Assembly: GCA_027077805.1 (NCBI GenBank)
Contig: JALWTS010000029.1
Span: forward strand, 3,792-67,791
Reading direction: 5' to 3'
Source of the DNA: Gammaproteobacteria bacterium
GTDB taxonomy: Bacteria > Pseudomonadota > Gammaproteobacteria > JABHGC01
DNA length: 64,000 bases
The stretch's first letter is position 1; every line of letters starts with the position of its first letter. The position numbers and the translations under genes were made by a program. The notes below the pieces were generated by a model. The model made no database searches and had not been told where the DNA came from. It worked only from the letters and a program-made list of their open reading frames with translations. This document shows, in pieces, positions 1 to 9,034 of the stretch.

Positions 1-1
1 T

Positions 2-592
2 ACCGTTACGCAAGGTGACGTCCTTTATCAAGGCGATAATTTATTGCAATATGAGCCTGATGAACGGGCTTGTCGTGGGGTATTTTTAGCGTTTCAGTAT
101 CCTGTCGAAATTCCTGGGGTAAATAATGTTTATTTTTTAAAAGCGGCGGTGAATGCCATTCGTCAATATCAAGGGAAAGAAGAACTGGATGCCATGGATT
201 TTATGGCATTAATGAAACAAAAAATGACATTAGTTAAAATGGATAATACCTTGTTGAAACGGTCAGTCAATGAAGGTTTTTCAGGCGGTGAGAAAAAACG
301 TAATGAAATTTTACAAATGGCAATGTTAGATCCAAAATTAGCCATTTTAGATGAAACCGATTCTGGTTTGGATATTGATGCCTTAAGAATTGTCGCCGAA
401 GGGGTAAATCAATTGCGTCATAGCCAGCGTTCTATTGTTATGGTCACTCATTATCAACGCTTGTTAAGTTATATTGTGCCTGATTATGTGCATGTGTTAT
501 CTGAGGGTCAAATTGTCAAATCGGGTGATAAGAACTTAGCCTTAGAGCTAGAAGAAAAAGGCTATGGTTGGATTACTGAGGAGGTGGCGTAA
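2..592 (+). CDS. sufC: Fe-S cluster assembly ATPase SufC (5' end outside window)
   Basis: FLAFQYPVEIPGV, NEGFSGGEKKRNEILQM and LDETDSGLDIDAL motifs; frame open from the window start. Confidence 0.97.
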   Translation, partial: TVTQGDVLYQGDNLLQYEPDERACRGVFLAFQYPVEIPGVNNVYFLKAAVNAIRQYQGKEELDAMDFMALMKQKMTLVKMDNTLLKRSVNEGFSGGEKKRNEILQMAMLDPKLAILDETDSGLDIDALRIVAEGVNQLRHSQRSIVMVTHYQRLLSYIVPDYVHVLSEGQIVKSGDKNLALELEEKGYGWITEEVA

Positions 593-1911
593 TGTCATTT
601 CAAACACAGTTTGCCGACTTAGTCGCGATTGACGATCCAACACTACAACAACTACGTCAACAAGCGTGGGAATATTTTTCGCAATCAGGATTTCCGAAAC
701 CACAGTTAGAACATTGGAAATATACCAATTTACGCGCTTTAGAAAAGCAGTCGTTCGTTATTGCTCAAGAACAATGTATGGGACTCGTTCCGGATGATTT
801 AGAACCCTATTTAATGGCGAATACGTATACCTTAGTGTTTGTTAATGGTCAGTTTGACCCTGCCTTATCAAAATTGGATGATTTACCTAAAACCGCCACG
901 ATGACTAATTTAGCGTCAGTGATAAAGACTGACCCACAAAGGCTACGGCCACATTTCGCCAAATATGCCGATATGAGCAAAGCAGAGTACAGTTTAACGG
1001 CTTTAAATACCGCTTTTATGACCGATGGGGCTTATATCGAACTTAATCAAGAGGCCAAATTAACCAAACCCATTCATTTATTATTTGTAACTACCCCACA
1101 GCAACAAAGCATTTCGACTCAACCTAGAATTTTAATTATTGTCAATCCAAATGCGAAAGCGAAAGTGATTGAACAATATGTGAGTTTAGGAGCCAGTACT
1201 TATTTTACCAATGTCTTAAGCGAAATATCACTCGCTGCCAATAGTCAACTGGAACATTATAAAATTCAACAAGAAAGTGATAAAGCGTATCATATTGCCA
1301 CCATGCAAGTGCAACAACAACAAGGCAGTCGTTTGACCGATTATCGCTTTGCCTTTGGTGCTTTATTAGCCCGTGATACTATTAATAGCATTTTAGCAGG
1401 AGAATATGCGGAATCGGATTGTTCTGGTTTGTATTTAGGGCAGAAACGTCAGCATATTGATTATCATGTTTGTACTGAACACCAACAAGCCCATTGTCGT
1501 AGTACCCAAAATTATAAAGGGGTATTAATGGATAGAGCGAGAGGGGTGTTTAATGGTAGAGTGCATGTTCATCCGAATGCCAAAAAGACGGATAGTCAGC
1601 AAAGTAATAAAAATTTATTATTATCCAAAGATGCCGAAATTGATACCAAACCTGAATTAGAAATTTATGCCGATGAGGTACAATGTTCGCATGGTGCCAC
1701 TGTTGGGCAGTTGGATGACAATATGGTATTTTATCTTCGCAGTCGTGGTTTAAGTCAACAAGTGGCACGTCATTTGTTAACCTATGGCTTTGCCAAAGAA
1801 ATTATTGAAGGCATTGATTTAGAAGCGTTGCAAATGATGTTAGGAAAAACCATTGCGGAAAAATTACCCGGCACGGAACAGTTAAAAGAAGAAATGGAAT
1901 GGGAATATTAA
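592..1911 (+). CDS. sufD: Fe-S cluster assembly protein SufD
   Basis: EHWKYTNL, KPELEIYADEVQCSHGATVGQLD and FYLRSRG motifs; follows sufC with a TAATG overlap. Confidence 0.95.
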   Translation: MSFQTQFADLVAIDDPTLQQLRQQAWEYFSQSGFPKPQLEHWKYTNLRALEKQSFVIAQEQCMGLVPDDLEPYLMANTYTLVFVNGQFDPALSKLDDLPKTATMTNLASVIKTDPQRLRPHFAKYADMSKAEYSLTALNTAFMTDGAYIELNQEAKLTKPIHLLFVTTPQQQSISTQPRILIIVNPNAKAKVIEQYVSLGASTYFTNVLSEISLAANSQLEHYKIQQESDKAYHIATMQVQQQQGSRLTDYRFAFGALLARDTINSILAGEYAESDCSGLYLGQKRQHIDYHVCTEHQQAHCRSTQNYKGVLMDRARGVFNGRVHVHPNAKKTDSQQSNKNLLLSKDAEIDTKPELEIYADEVQCSHGATVGQLDDNMVFYLRSRGLSQQVARHLLTYGFAKEIIEGIDLEALQMMLGKTIAEKLPGTEQLKEEMEWEY

Positions 1912-1957
1912 ATCACACGAAACAATTCAAAGAAGAAATGGAATGAGAATATCAAAT
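1872..1957 (+). repeat. Degenerate tandem duplication (2 x 42 bp, period 44) spanning the sufD stop
   Basis: CACGGAACAGTTAAAAGAAGAAATGGAATGGGAATATTAAAT (1872-1913) vs CACGAAACAATTCAAAGAAGAAATGGAATGAGAATATCAAAT (1916-1957). Confidence 0.85.
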
Positions 1958-1974
1958 AGCTAAGGGATACGTTT

Positions 1975-2277
1975 ATGGATTTAGAACAAGAAATTATTGC
2001 CGTATTAAAAACAGTTTATGATCCTGACATTCCTGTTAATATTTATGATCTAGGCTTGATTTATGCTTTAGATATTAATGAACAACAAGAGGTAGTCATT
2101 GACATGACCTTAACTGCTCCGGGTTGTCCTGTGGCTCATACTTTTCCTGGCGTTGTGGAATCGAAAGTCAAAGAGGTTGAAGGGGTAAGTTCTGCAAAAG
2201 TACGGTTAGTATGGGAACCTGCTTGGAGTAAAGATAGAATGAGCGATGAAGTTAAGTTACAATTAGGTTTATTATAG
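1975..2277 (+). CDS. sufT: SUF-system Fe-S assembly protein, DUF59/PaaD-like (SufT)
   Basis: VYDPDIPVNIYDLGLIY and MTLTAPGCPVA motifs; suf operon context. Confidence 0.9.
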   Translation: MDLEQEIIAVLKTVYDPDIPVNIYDLGLIYALDINEQQEVVIDMTLTAPGCPVAHTFPGVVESKVKEVEGVSSAKVRLVWEPAWSKDRMSDEVKLQLGLL

Positions 2278-2286
2278 TGTCTAGGA

Positions 2287-2631
2287 TTGGATATGTCAGA
2301 TTGGGTTGATGTTGCATTAGTCGAAAGTTGGGAAAAACAAGCCATACGTTTGATTGATTTGGATGACACTATGGTAGCAATTTTTTATTTTCAAGATAAG
2401 TTTTATGCGATTGAAAATGTGTGTACTCATGATTATTGTCCTTTAATTGATGAGAATGAACCGAGCACTGCTAATTGGCAACAACATCGAATTATTTGCC
2501 CTCGTCATGGGGCAGAATTTGATGTCACCAATGGCAAGGTATTAGCACCGCCCGCTTATGAAGATTTAACCGTATTTCCTACTCGAATTGAAGAGGGCAT
2601 GGTTCAGGTTAGGGACCCTCGTTGGGATTGA
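2287..2631 (+). CDS. Rieske-type [2Fe-2S] ferredoxin (start probably ATG 2293)
   Basis: CTH...CPRHGAEFD Rieske ligands. Confidence 0.9.
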   Translation: MDMSDWVDVALVESWEKQAIRLIDLDDTMVAIFYFQDKFYAIENVCTHDYCPLIDENEPSTANWQQHRIICPRHGAEFDVTNGKVLAPPAYEDLTVFPTRIEEGMVQVRDPRWD

Positions 2632-2664
2632 TTGCGGGTAAGTCGTCAGTCCCAGTCCAAAGTG

Positions 2665-3036
2665 TTATTCAGTGGCAACTTGCACTTGTCTTAAACTGGT
2701 TTCATTGGGACAAAATTCAATATTTTCTAAAAGAACGGTTTTGTTTTTATCTAATTCGGTATCACAACGTTTGTGATTAGGACATTGTTGACAATTCTCC
2801 ATATTTTGCATAATTTTGGTAATGGGCTGTTGATGTAGGTATTCGTCTTGGGTAATACCCAATGCCGATAACATTTTATGTAAACGATAAGCGGTGAGTT
2901 TTATTGCGAAATTTTTACGAAACTGCTGACCTACGCGTATGTTTTTTCTGATAGCAACGGCTAGATATAATGCCGTCAACATGACGAAAGCTCCGAGTAA
3001 TATCATTGCTATAATACTAATAATATCAACAAGCAT
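2665..3036 (-). CDS. Membrane-anchored Cys-motif protein (DUF6455-like)
   Basis: N-terminal TM helix; CQQC-x5-C...FCPN pattern. Confidence 0.6.
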   Translation of the reverse strand: MLVDIISIIAMILLGAFVMLTALYLAVAIRKNIRVGQQFRKNFAIKLTAYRLHKMLSALGITQDEYLHQQPITKIMQNMENCQQCPNHKRCDTELDKNKTVLLENIEFCPNETSLRQVQVATE

Positions 3037-3149
3037 TTGAGAACTCCTTTCCTTGGTTGAGGTTGATTGCGGTTGATTAATGTCAAGTGGCTATCAGGAT
3101 ATAAAAGCTCAAAGCATTTGTCATTGATACAGATCAATAGAGAAATAAT

Positions 3150-3902
3150 TTAATTATTATTGACGGATGAATTTTGAGTGATGTCAGCAATATCGCTTAA
3201 GTTTAATGATAAACCATGCTCTTTACTTTCATCGCTCATTAAATAACGATAAGCCCAAGTAATGTCATTAGGACTGGTTAAACTCTGTGGATTCTCTCCA
3301 GGATAAGCGTGGGCTCGTAGTTTTGTGCGGATTTTATTAGGGCGGATACAATTGACTCGAATGTTACTGTTATCCAATTCCTCTGCCAATATTTTGCTTA
3401 ACCCTTCCACGCCAAATTTTGACACACCATAAGCACCCCAATAGGCTCTCACTGATGACACTAATTCATCAGACGTAAATAATATCGATGCTTTAGAGGG
3501 TTTTTGTAATAACGGTAAACAGGCTTTCGTTAATAAAAATGGGGCATTTAGATTCACTTGCAATACTTTATACCAAGTTTCAATATCTTGGTATTCGATA
3601 GGACATAAGGCGCCTAAGATGGCCGCATTGTGAATTAAACCATGCAGATGCCCAAACTCCTGTTGTAGAATGTCAAACAGTTGTTGGTAATCTTTGGGTG
3701 TTGACGTTTCCAAGTTCATGGGGAAAATGGCAGCTTGTTGCATATTCCCATTTTGGATTTCGTCATAAACTTCTTCCAACTGGCTTAAATCACGATCCAA
3801 TAAAATCACGGTAGCACCGTGAGTAGCGAATTCCTTAGCGACAGCACGGCCAATACCTTGTCCGGCACCCGTCATTAAAATTATTTTGTTTTGTAAGTCC
3901 AT
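3150..3902 (-). CDS. yciK: YciK-family short-chain dehydrogenase
   Basis: TGAGQGIG, HNAAILG, YGVSK and RAHAYPGE motifs. Confidence 0.85.
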   Translation of the reverse strand: MDLQNKIILMTGAGQGIGRAVAKEFATHGATVILLDRDLSQLEEVYDEIQNGNMQQAAIFPMNLETSTPKDYQQLFDILQQEFGHLHGLIHNAAILGALCPIEYQDIETWYKVLQVNLNAPFLLTKACLPLLQKPSKASILFTSDELVSSVRAYWGAYGVSKFGVEGLSKILAEELDNSNIRVNCIRPNKIRTKLRAHAYPGENPQSLTSPNDITWAYRYLMSDESKEHGLSLNLSDIADITQNSSVNNN

Positions 3903-5164
3903 TGATGTGGGTAATAGTAGTAAGAATAAGGTTGATAGGTTTGGGTTTGATAACTTTGAGCCTGAGACGTTTGTGGCTGATAGGCTTGATAATGATAAGG
4001 ATAACGATAAGTTGGAACGGCGGGGCGATAGTAGTAATAGCGAAGCGTTGTTCGTTTTTTGCTTGCTATCGTTTTTTTAGTAACGGTTGTTGCTACTTTT
4101 GTTTTATCGGCCTTATCAAGGCTATCTGTATTGGATTGTATCGTTTGAGTATTATCCGTGTTGTCAGTCGCACGGTTACTCGTATGGCTATTGCGGGTCG
4201 CCGTTACTTGTTTGTCTGCTGTTGTGACGAGATTCACACTATCCTTAACACTAGGATTATCATGACTCATGGTATGGCTATCATACTCTGCATTATGTAT
4301 TGCCGTCATGGCGGGTTGTGAGGCTTCTTTCACTGTTGGTGCCATTATCGCAATGCTTTGCTTATTATCCGTGGGTTTTTCATTTGGTAGAAATTGAGGT
4401 AGATTGTCAATAAAAGTCGCCATCGTGCCACCTACCTCTTTATAAAAGGTTTGGTATTGATCCGTTTGTGATAAGGGTTGATAACCAAAATACGCACCCG
4501 CTCCAACGACTAATATAAATAACCAACCAAAACCTGAACTTGACTTTTTCTCTGCTTGATTCGCTGTTTTTTTAGATGCTTGCCCTTGACGCGCCATCAC
4601 ACCCAACTCTTGCCATTTTTTCTGAATATTTTGCTGTTTTGTTTGTTGACTGTCGGTAACGGTTCCAGGTGGGAATAAACCCATTGCCCGCATTTTACGT
4701 TGTAATGCTTCTTGTTTGCTATTGGTTTTGGGTTCTTCGGTTACAACGGTTTTCGCCTTAGTTTCGGTTTGTGTTTTGGTATGACTTGTGTCAGGCTCAT
4801 TTTTAGCGGTGCTTGTTTGCCTTTCCTTTTTGCCGGCTTTAGTGGGGCGGGTTTTTTTTGCCGTGGTGGTTTTGGGTACGTTTTTAGCGGTAGTTGTTTT
4901 TGGTTCTGCTTTGCTTGTATTATTCGGCTCTGTTTGGGGAGTGGTTCTTTTAGCAGTTGTTTTTCGGGTTCGAGTGGTTTTTGAGGTAGTGGTGCGACGT
5001 TGAGACGTTTTACTGTTGCTTCGACTGCTACTCGTATTGCTATTATCACTGTTCGTTTGCTTTAGATTCGGTTGAACTTCCCTATGATCAACCCCATTGG
5101 GTTTCGGATTTTGTGTCGTTTGATTTGTGTCTGATTGCTCTGTATTCATTACGATTACCATCAT
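3881..5164 (-). CDS. Hypothetical single-pass membrane protein with Lys/Thr-rich N-terminus and Tyr/Gln/Pro-rich tail
   Basis: 427-aa ORF; KTTTAK repeats, central TM (FGWLFILVVGAGAYFGY), YYYYRP...YYYYP tail. Confidence 0.7.
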   Translation of the reverse strand: MMVIVMNTEQSDTNQTTQNPKPNGVDHREVQPNLKQTNSDNSNTSSSRSNSKTSQRRTTTSKTTRTRKTTAKRTTPQTEPNNTSKAEPKTTTAKNVPKTTTAKKTRPTKAGKKERQTSTAKNEPDTSHTKTQTETKAKTVVTEEPKTNSKQEALQRKMRAMGLFPPGTVTDSQQTKQQNIQKKWQELGVMARQGQASKKTANQAEKKSSSGFGWLFILVVGAGAYFGYQPLSQTDQYQTFYKEVGGTMATFIDNLPQFLPNEKPTDNKQSIAIMAPTVKEASQPAMTAIHNAEYDSHTMSHDNPSVKDSVNLVTTADKQVTATRNSHTSNRATDNTDNTQTIQSNTDSLDKADKTKVATTVTKKTIASKKRTTLRYYYYRPAVPTYRYPYHYQAYQPQTSQAQSYQTQTYQPYSYYYYPHQWTYKTK

Positions 5165-5383
5165 GGTTACTATTTAAAATATTTGTTTAAAACAATTTGT
5201 CATTGACAGTTGTTCAAAACTCCTTTGGCATTAGGCATAGAGTATAACTAAAAATATCCTAAATCAAAAGTTTTCAGTGAATGTGAATGTCAATGATTGA
5301 GTTAAGTTATCTTAAATCGCTCGTTAGTGGCAACTCAGTCTGTGTTATGATAAGCAAACGTTTTGTCTGACAGGAAATAAAAT

Positions 5384-6112
5384 ATGAATGAACAAGCGTT
5401 TCTAAAACAATACAATATTCATGAATTTGAGGTTCCCCTTACCACCGTCGATGTCGTGATTTTTACCATTCGTTGTCAACAATTGCAAGTATTATTAGTA
5501 AAACGAGCAGCGCATCCTTATAAAAATCAATGGTCATTACCCGGTGGTTTTATTGATCTCGGTCAAGATCAGAGCTTAGAACAAACCGCCTCACGTAAAC
5601 TAAGAGAAAAAACAGGCGTAACCACACCATACTTAGAACAATTGCAAACATTTGGTGATAATCATCGGGATCCAAGAGGATGGGCTGTGACTATTGCTTA
5701 TTTCGCATTAATTGATTCTACTCAAGTCAATCTACAATATGGTGCGGGTGCGGCTGATGTGAAATGGCGTACGATTAAGGACAATACGATTGCAGAGACT
5801 TTGGCATTTGATCACAATACTATTTTACAATCAGCCGTGATGCGTTTACGCAATAAAGTCGAATATACGGCATTGCCTGTACATCTCTTACCTAAAGAAT
5901 TTACTTTCAGTGATTTGCAACAAGTATTTGAAATTGTATTGGGTAGAAAAGTGGATAAAAGTGCCTTTCGTCGTCGCATTAAAGAAGCGGATATTATGGT
6001 AGAAATTCAGGGAGCCAAGCGAGGTGGCAGTAATCGACCCGCACAGTTATATCAAATTAAACAAGAAAATATCACCCATTTTTTTACTAGAAGTCTGATA
6101 GGACCTAGATAA
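5384..6112 (+). CDS. nrtR: NrtR-family Nudix/wHTH transcriptional regulator
   Basis: TVDVVIF, WSLPGGF, YLEQLQTF, RDPRGW, LAFDH; C-terminal wHTH FTFSDLQ...FRRR...RPAQLY. Confidence 0.85.
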   Translation: MNEQAFLKQYNIHEFEVPLTTVDVVIFTIRCQQLQVLLVKRAAHPYKNQWSLPGGFIDLGQDQSLEQTASRKLREKTGVTTPYLEQLQTFGDNHRDPRGWAVTIAYFALIDSTQVNLQYGAGAADVKWRTIKDNTIAETLAFDHNTILQSAVMRLRNKVEYTALPVHLLPKEFTFSDLQQVFEIVLGRKVDKSAFRRRIKEADIMVEIQGAKRGGSNRPAQLYQIKQENITHFFTRSLIGPR

Positions 6113-6289
6113 TGCAAGGACAGAATCGTCATTCATTAGAGAAATGCTGACTAAGATTTTTTCCATGCCGTTTTATGAAAGCGTTATTAAGTCAAGCGAA
6201 CTAGACGATGCAAATATTGAAAAATGTGCCAAGATTTCGTCTATAATTTTTAGACAGCACATTACAACGTTATTAAGGTTGAAATTGAT

Positions 6290-7423
6290 ATGGAAGGTAT
6301 TACTCATTATTTAGATATTATCAAAGCCCTGAAAGTCATGGTGGAAAACAATGGTTCCGATTTATTTTTAACAGTGGATACCCCTCCTTATGTCAAAATT
6401 GAAGGCATCATGCATGCTTTAGGTGAACAGAAATTAACCTCTGATTTGGTTCAAGATATTGCTTATCATTTAATGACGGAAGATCAGATTCCTGTGTTTG
6501 AAAAAGAGCTAGAATTAAATTTTGGTCTCACTGCCCTAGGTTCCGAACGATTTCGGATTAATGTCTTTCATCAACGTGGTGAAATTAGTATGGTAATTCG
6601 TTATATCAAAGGGACTGTCCCTACCATTGAGGAATTAAATGTGCCGAAAGAATTATCTGAAATTGTCATGCACAAACAAGGGATTGTTTTGGTCGTAGGC
6701 GGGACAGGTTCTGGAAAATCGACGACGTTAGCCGCCATGATTGATCATCGTAATCAAAACAAACCCGGTCATATTTTAACCATTGAAGACCCCATTGAAT
6801 ATACCCATCCCTATAAAAGATCCGTGGTGAATCAAAGGGAAGTTGGGGTGGATACGTTTTCTTATGCGACTGCCTTAAAAAGTGCTTTGCGTGAAGCACC
6901 TGATATGATTTTAGTCGGTGAGATTCGTGATACGGATACCATGGAACAAGTGCTACGTTTTGCCAAATCAGGTCATCTGGTCATGTCAACTTTGCATGCC
7001 AATAATAGTGCTCAAACTTTAGATAGGGTTGTGGGTTTCTTCCCTAACGAAGCGAGAGAGCAAATTTTATTAGATTTATCTTTAAGTTTAGTCGCCATTG
7101 TTTGTCAGCGTTTAGTGATCGGAACGGATGGTAAACGGGTTGCGGCCGTTGAGATTTTGCAACCCACGCCTTATATTCGAGAGCTCATTAGCCAAGGTGA
7201 ATCGGATGAAGTAATGAAAGCCATGCGAGATGCGAAAGAACCGGGTATTCAAACCTTTGATCAAGCCTTATATGCCTTGTTTGAAGAAGGTAAAATTGAT
7301 CAACAACAGGCATTAGCCAATGTGGATCCAAACAGTGATTTAGCCTTAAAAATTCGCTTATCGGGTTCGGGGTCTTCGGGGAAATCTGAGGAAGAGGAGG
7401 GTTTTTTTGATTTTGATTTTTAA
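6290..7423 (+). CDS. pilU: PilT/PilU-family type IV pilus retraction ATPase (PilU-like)
   Basis: Walker A GGTGSGKST, TIEDPIEY, ALREAPD, STLHANN. Confidence 0.8.
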   Translation: MEGITHYLDIIKALKVMVENNGSDLFLTVDTPPYVKIEGIMHALGEQKLTSDLVQDIAYHLMTEDQIPVFEKELELNFGLTALGSERFRINVFHQRGEISMVIRYIKGTVPTIEELNVPKELSEIVMHKQGIVLVVGGTGSGKSTTLAAMIDHRNQNKPGHILTIEDPIEYTHPYKRSVVNQREVGVDTFSYATALKSALREAPDMILVGEIRDTDTMEQVLRFAKSGHLVMSTLHANNSAQTLDRVVGFFPNEAREQILLDLSLSLVAIVCQRLVIGTDGKRVAAVEILQPTPYIRELISQGESDEVMKAMRDAKEPGIQTFDQALYALFEEGKIDQQQALANVDPNSDLALKIRLSGSGSSGKSEEEEGFFDFDF

Positions 7424-7431
7424 GTTTGTCA

Positions 7432-8295
7432 TTAATTATTGTCTTCATGTAAATGCTGATTCGCATAGAATGTATTTTCCAATAAGGATGCAATGGTCAT
7501 AGGGCCAACGCCACCTGGAACTGGGGTAATCCACGAGGCATGTTGTTTCGCCGTTGCAAAATCCACATCACCAACTAATTGACCGTTATCTAGGCGATTA
7601 ATGCCAACATCAATCACAATCGCATTGGGTTTAATCCAATCACCTTGAACCATATTCGGACGGCCGACCGCTGCAACCACTAACTCAGCCCGTCGAATGT
7701 GTCCGGGCAAATCTTTGGTTTTACTATGGCAGATAGTAACGGTACAGCTTGCCATTAATAATTCCATCGCAATGGGGCGACCCACAATATTAGACTGACC
7801 AATAACCACCGCCTCCATCCCTTTGAGTTCTTGATCAATATGTTGCAACATGGTCATAATGCCTTTCGGTGTGCATGGACGTAATACGGGGGTTCGTAAG
7901 ACTAAATTCCCCATATTCATGGCATGAAAACCATCGACATCTTTATCAGGGCGAATTCTTGCCATTACCGCACTTGGATCAATTTGTGAAGGTAAGGGTA
8001 ACTGCACTAGAATACCATCAATGGTTGGATCATCATTCAGTTTGTCAATTTGATGTAATAAGTCATTTTGCGAGGTTTTTTCTGATAAAGTTTGGCTAAT
8101 GGAATAAATACCCACTTGTTCACAAGCTCGTTGTTTGTTTCTGATATAGACTTGAGAAGCGGGATTCTCACCGACTAAAATGACGGCTAATCCAGGTGGA
8201 CGTTTGCCTAGGGCGAGTCGCTGTTGAATTTGTTGTTTCAGTTGTTGTTTTACTTGTTCGGCAATGGCTTTGCCATCAATAATTTGTGCGGTCAT
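7432..8295 (-). CDS. folD: Methylenetetrahydrofolate dehydrogenase/cyclohydrolase
   Basis: [24 protein letters not shown] and [11 protein letters not shown] motifs. Confidence 0.97.
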   Translation of the reverse strand: MTAQIIDGKAIAEQVKQQLKQQIQQRLALGKRPPGLAVILVGENPASQVYIRNKQRACEQVGIYSISQTLSEKTSQNDLLHQIDKLNDDPTIDGILVQLPLPSQIDPSAVMARIRPDKDVDGFHAMNMGNLVLRTPVLRPCTPKGIMTMLQHIDQELKGMEAVVIGQSNIVGRPIAMELLMASCTVTICHSKTKDLPGHIRRAELVVAAVGRPNMVQGDWIKPNAIVIDVGINRLDNGQLVGDVDFATAKQHASWITPVPGGVGPMTIASLLENTFYANQHLHEDNN

Positions 8296-8344
8296 TCGTT
8301 TTTTTGTTACAATGGAAAAAGTAGTATTTTAGCCTATTTTTTGC

Positions 8345-8374
8345 TTGACGATAAACAATTATTTTTGTTATGAT
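8345..8374 (+). promoter_or_regulatory. Sigma70-type promoter of the tRNA cluster
   Basis: TTGACG (8345-8350), 18-bp spacer, TG-extended TATGAT (8369-8374), 12 bp before tRNA-Pro. Confidence 0.65.
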
Positions 8375-8386
8375 ACTCGTCCTTAA

Positions 8387-8463
8387 CGGGGTGTAGCGCA
8401 GCCTGGTAGCGCACCTGCTTTGGGAGCAGGTTGTCGGGGGTTCAAATCCCTCCACCCCGACCA
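8387..8463 (+). tRNA. tRNA-Pro(TGG)
   Basis: 77-nt cloverleaf; anticodon arm CCTGC-TTTGGGA-GCAGG; GTTCAAATC T-loop; encoded CCA. Confidence 0.97.
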
Positions 8464-8470
8464 ATGTTTT

Positions 8471-8762
8471 GCGTCCGTAGCTCAGCTGGATAGAGCATCG
8501 GCCTTCAGTAGGAGCCTTTATAAGAAAGTCAACTTATAAAGTGGACAGTGCTGTATCGGTGAAACCTTAACAGATAAGGCTGATGGTAATACCGAGGAAA
8601 CTTTCACGAGGATCCGTAGAGGCCATACGCACTGAGCCTGAGATGGCTAAGATATGGTCCAGACCACAAAACCTATCGTTGATTAATACGAGGGGTGGCA
8701 GTGAAAACTGTAGCGGTAAGCTAAGCCGAGGGTCACAGGTTCGAATCCTGTCGGACGTGCCA
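8471..8762 (+). tRNA. tRNA-Arg(TCT), intron-containing (exons 8471-8505 and 8721-8762)
   Basis: Joined exons give a 77-nt tRNA with anticodon arm TCGGC-CTTCTAA-GCCGA, T arm ACAGGTTCGAATCCTGT and CCA end. Confidence 0.93.
8506..8720 (+). ncRNA. Group I self-splicing intron (215 nt, no homing endonuclease)
   Basis: Exon ends in U and intron ends in G; P2 8516-8524/8533-8541; P3 CAGTGC 8546-8551/GCACTG 8629-8634; P4 TCGGT/ACCGA; R GTAGAGGCCATA 8616-8627; S AAGATATGGTCC 8649-8660; P8 AGCC/GGCT. Confidence 0.92.
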
Positions 8763-8860
8763 TTTAAAATTTAATGGCAGATATTGAACACATCAATGTT
8801 ACAATAAAGATTTGAAAATTAACCATTAACCATTTCAAATTTTTGAAACTTTTAATCAAT

Positions 8861-8937
8861 GGTGGACGTAGCTCAATAGGTAGAGCGCTGGTTTGTGGTA
8901 CCCGTGGTCGTGGGTTCGATTCCCATCGTCCACCCCA
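8861..8937 (+). tRNA. tRNA-His(GTG)
   Basis: G-1 start, GTG anticodon, GTTCGATTC T-loop, CCA end; one U28-C42 mismatch in the anticodon stem. Confidence 0.95.
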
Positions 8938-8985
8938 TTTGATTTTCTATTGATTATCTCATGATATTTTTAATTTTTCTTAAAG

Positions 8986-9016
8986 TTAGGGCAGTTTCCG
9001 TGTTAAACTGCCCTAA
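8986..9016. terminator. Probable bidirectional intrinsic terminator
   Basis: TTAGGGCAGTTT / AAACTGCCCTAA perfect 12-bp stem between convergent units. Confidence 0.75.
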
Positions 9017-9034
9017 AACAATTGATTCCATTGA

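Noticed and set aside
3886-5049. Several overlapping ORFs around the low-complexity gene
   Set aside because: Shadow frames caused by the compositional bias of the 3881-5164 gene.
8276-8464. 62-aa minus-strand ORF
   Set aside because: It is the antisense translation of tRNA-Pro and its promoter.
8471-8762. Integration-site (att) duplication or two tRNA fragments instead of an intron
   Set aside because: No tRNA segment is duplicated, no integrase is nearby, and the insert has group I core pairings.
8583-8774. 63-aa ORF inside the intron as a homing endonuclease
   Set aside because: Too short, has no LAGLIDADG/GIY-YIG/HNH motif, and runs through the ribozyme core and tRNA exon.
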